A stretch of DNA of 64,000 nt, taken from positions 20,967-84,966 of the forward strand of contig JAEUPI010000094.1 of assembly GCA_016790175.1 (NCBI GenBank), written 5' to 3'. This document shows, piece by piece, positions 61,762 to 64,000 of this stretch (position 1 is the first letter of the stretch; every line of letters starts with the position of its first letter). The notes below the pieces were generated by a model, which was given only the letters and a program-made list of their open reading frames with translations, made no database searches and had not been told where the DNA came from. This stretch comes from Burkholderiaceae bacterium. GTDB lineage: Bacteria; Pseudomonadota; Gammaproteobacteria; Burkholderiales; Burkholderiaceae_C. The position numbers and the translations under genes were made by a program.

Positions 61762-63972
61762 TCATTCATCATCGAAATCAAACCCCACCAGGTCGGTTTC
61801 GAACACCACGCCGCCGCCGGGCTCCGCCAGCACGAGATGAACGTTGCCCGCGCACCCCGTCCCGGAGCCCGCCGGCGACCAGGCGATCGTGAACGCCCCC
61901 TGCGCGTTGGTCTGGCTGCTCGCGGTGGGGGCGATGCAGGCATCCCCGGTCACGCTCACCGACAGGCCGGGCACAGGATCTAGGGCACCGGGGAAGTCTG
62001 CGTGGGCCGTCACGGCCGCCAGATTGACCCACCACCGGCCGCAAGGATTGCCGGGGTCCAACAAGCAACCCCTCTCGGGCGTGTCCGCCAGCCAGATCGA
62101 GCGCGGCTGGGCCACCTCCAGCGCGAGCAACTCCGCCGGCATCAGCGAGGTCACGACGAAGGCGGAGAACTCGCTGGCCGAGCCGGAGACGGTGGCGGTG
62201 AAGGGGATCGTGAACTCCGTCTGCCCCGCGCTGGCCGCGGCGCTGGCAACGACGGTCGCCTCGAGGCCGTTCCTGCGCACCAGCAGCACACGCTGGATGT
62301 TGTACGGGCCGACGTTGGAGAAGAAGTCCTTGTGTGCCGGATCGAACTGCACGGTGAAGCGCACCGTGTCGCCGGCCGCGAACGAGGACCGGTCCACCAT
62401 CACCGTGCCCACGGGCGAACGGGCCAGATCGGTGCTGATCGTGCGCTCGAGCATCGAACTCAGGCTCTCCAGGCCGAGGAGCCCGAGCACGTCGCCCAGA
62501 TCCAGCCCCACGCCCGCCCTGGCCTCCAGCGAGACCTTGTAGTCGGACTTGTAGCCGGTATCGGTGATCTGGCTGATCTTGGGCGCGAAGCTGCCGGCCA
62601 GCTTGCCGCCGGCCCGGGCCTTGAAGGCATCGAAGCGGATCTGGCGCAGGAACGGGTTTCCGATCTCGGCGCCGAAGTAGCCGAAGGCCATCAGCGTCGG
62701 CTCGACCCGCAGGTCGCCCAGGCTGGGCAGGTCCAGCGTCGGCGCGTACTGCAGCGACGTGTCGCTCAGCTCGCCGACGAAGCCACAGCCTCCGCCGCCG
62801 GGGCAGGTCAGGCCGATCTGCGCCTTGGCCTTGGCCTCGACCCTGGCGCCGATGGCCAGCGTCGCCACCGTGACCTTGCCGCCGGCCTCGATGCCCACGC
62901 CCACCGGCACCAGGCCGCCGACGACCAGCGACAGCGCACCGCCCACCGGGATGCGGATCGCGAACAACTCCACCTTGCACTCGATCTTGCCTTCGAAAGC
63001 GGCCGTCACGTTCAGGCCCGCCTGCACGCGCACGACGGGCTCGGCGCGCACGATCAGGCGCTCGACGCCGTTGGCCGCAGTGAACAACACATCGAGCGCC
63101 GGGTCGATCGTCAGGTTGAACAGCGGCGGGCCGTCCAGTGCGATCGGCAGCGCGTTCAGCGTGGACTCGCACGAGGTGAACGGCGGCAGCGCATGGGTGC
63201 CCTGCGCGGCCAGCGCGCGCGCCCGCGGGCTCGCGCTGCCCGACGCCTTGGGCTTGGGCGTGAAGGTGTAGGTATGGCCGCTGCGGACGATGTCGTAGGC
63301 CGCGGCGATGTCGGGCGCGAACTCCACTGCCGCGCGCGACAGGTCGATGGTCTCGTTCAGGTTCAGGCCGGGCAGCAGCACGCGCGCCGGCACCAGCTTG
63401 AGCGTCACGGTGTGCGTGGCGCCGGAGGACGCGACGGCGACGACCTCGCCCGCCACCACCTTCGACTCGGTGTTGACCAGCCGCTGGCCGATGGCGGGGG
63501 CGGCCACGCCGCTGAGCACCACGCGATAGGTATTGGCAAAGCTCGGCGCCGCGCTCGGATCGCTGGCCACCGGGTCGCCGACGATCTGCGCGTCGGTGAG
63601 CAGCACGACGCCGGGCGCCGGTGTCGTCACTGCCACCAGCAGCGGCGCGGACGGCACGCCCTGAGCCTGCGCGGTGATCTGCGCCGAGCCGGTGGCGGCG
63701 TTGGCCGTCACGCGGCCGTTGCTGTCGACGCCCACGGCCGCGGCGTTGGTCGAACTCCAGCTCACGCCAACGTCCACCACCTGGCCCTGCTCATCGGTGA
63801 CCACCGCGGTCAGCTGCCGGCTCGCGCCCACTGCCGTCAGCAGCAAGCCCGTCTCGCGGATCTCGACCCTGGCCACGGTGGGCGGGGCCGCAGCCGTCTC
63901 GCTGCCACCTCCGCCGCATGCGGCCAGCATGGCCACCGTGCAGGCCACCAGCAGTGCATTGATGCGCTTCAT
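61762..63972 (-). CDS. Large lipoprotein (736 aa) with N-terminal Big_2-type Ig-like domain
   Basis: Lipobox MLAAC; VARVEIRETGLLLTAVGASRQLTAVVTDEQGQVV.VGVSWSSTNAAAVGVDSNGRVTA..TGSAQITA is a Big_2 pattern. The rest is beta-rich and unassigned. Confidence 0.7.
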   Translation of the reverse strand: MKRINALLVACTVAMLAACGGGGSETAAAPPTVARVEIRETGLLLTAVGASRQLTAVVTDEQGQVVDVGVSWSSTNAAAVGVDSNGRVTANAATGSAQITAQAQGVPSAPLLVAVTTPAPGVVLLTDAQIVGDPVASDPSAAPSFANTYRVVLSGVAAPAIGQRLVNTESKVVAGEVVAVASSGATHTVTLKLVPARVLLPGLNLNETIDLSRAAVEFAPDIAAAYDIVRSGHTYTFTPKPKASGSASPRARALAAQGTHALPPFTSCESTLNALPIALDGPPLFNLTIDPALDVLFTAANGVERLIVRAEPVVRVQAGLNVTAAFEGKIECKVELFAIRIPVGGALSLVVGGLVPVGVGIEAGGKVTVATLAIGARVEAKAKAQIGLTCPGGGGCGFVGELSDTSLQYAPTLDLPSLGDLRVEPTLMAFGYFGAEIGNPFLRQIRFDAFKARAGGKLAGSFAPKISQITDTGYKSDYKVSLEARAGVGLDLGDVLGLLGLESLSSMLERTISTDLARSPVGTVMVDRSSFAAGDTVRFTVQFDPAHKDFFSNVGPYNIQRVLLVRRNGLEATVVASAAASAGQTEFTIPFTATVSGSASEFSAFVVTSLMPAELLALEVAQPRSIWLADTPERGCLLDPGNPCGRWWVNLAAVTAHADFPGALDPVPGLSVSVTGDACIAPTASSQTNAQGAFTIAWSPAGSGTGCAGNVHLVLAEPGGGVVFETDLVGFDFDDE

Positions 63973-64000
63973 GTTCGTGCCTTTCCGCCTCTGATGGAGC

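Overview
Very GC-rich bacterial chromosomal segment. Third codon positions are almost all G/C, so there are many long spurious antisense ORFs. Gene content looks like a denitrifying beta-proteobacterium, but the taxon is a guess.

Layout:
(1) 1-13.3 kb: a translationally coupled clade-II-style nitrous-oxide reductase operon, nosZ-cytc-cytc-nosB-nosD-nosG-nosH-nosF-nosL-nosY. It runs without a break into a TlpA-like thioredoxin, a second NosD paralogue, SCO1 and an FccB-like flavoprotein.
(2) 13.4-27 kb: a mosaic accessory stretch. It holds a ParE/RHH toxin-antitoxin pair and a ParD-like + nucleotidyltransferase-fold pair. Next comes an FNR-box-driven cytochrome c-ankyrin-DUF411-pentapeptide operon preceded by a decapitated radical-SAM/SPASM gene, then a LuxR regulator and a PEP-CTERM protein. 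It ends with an IS630-family element whose two flanking genes are both truncated, a DGC-domain protein + membrane Ser/Thr kinase, and GT2 and IS91 gene remnants.
(3) 27-30 kb: an NsrR operator + DUF2249-nsrR-nnrS and a DUF3365 haem lipoprotein.
(4) 30-47 kb: two loci of uncharacterised exported proteins. Each is built round an outer-membrane channel with no inner-membrane motor (a TPR-lipoprotein::secretin fusion; a CsgG-like lipoprotein). Each contains a member of the same small cytoplasmic protein family, and a SARP/BTAD-NTPase-TPR regulator sits next to the second locus. A 2 x 11 bp direct-repeat promoter motif occurs three times (33.85, 34.18 and 60.8 kb). These loci are my best candidates for an undescribed system.
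(5) 47-50 kb: ubiU-ubiV-ubiT (O2-independent ubiquinone synthesis).
(6) 50-60 kb: a sigma-54/XylR-type regulator and a non-canonical phenylphosphate-synthase-like + UbiD/UbiX cluster.
(7) 60-64 kb: a small exported protein, a DsbA-like isomerase and a large Big_2 lipoprotein.

No rRNA, tRNA or CRISPR array was seen. All family assignments come from reading motifs by eye; no database search was possible.
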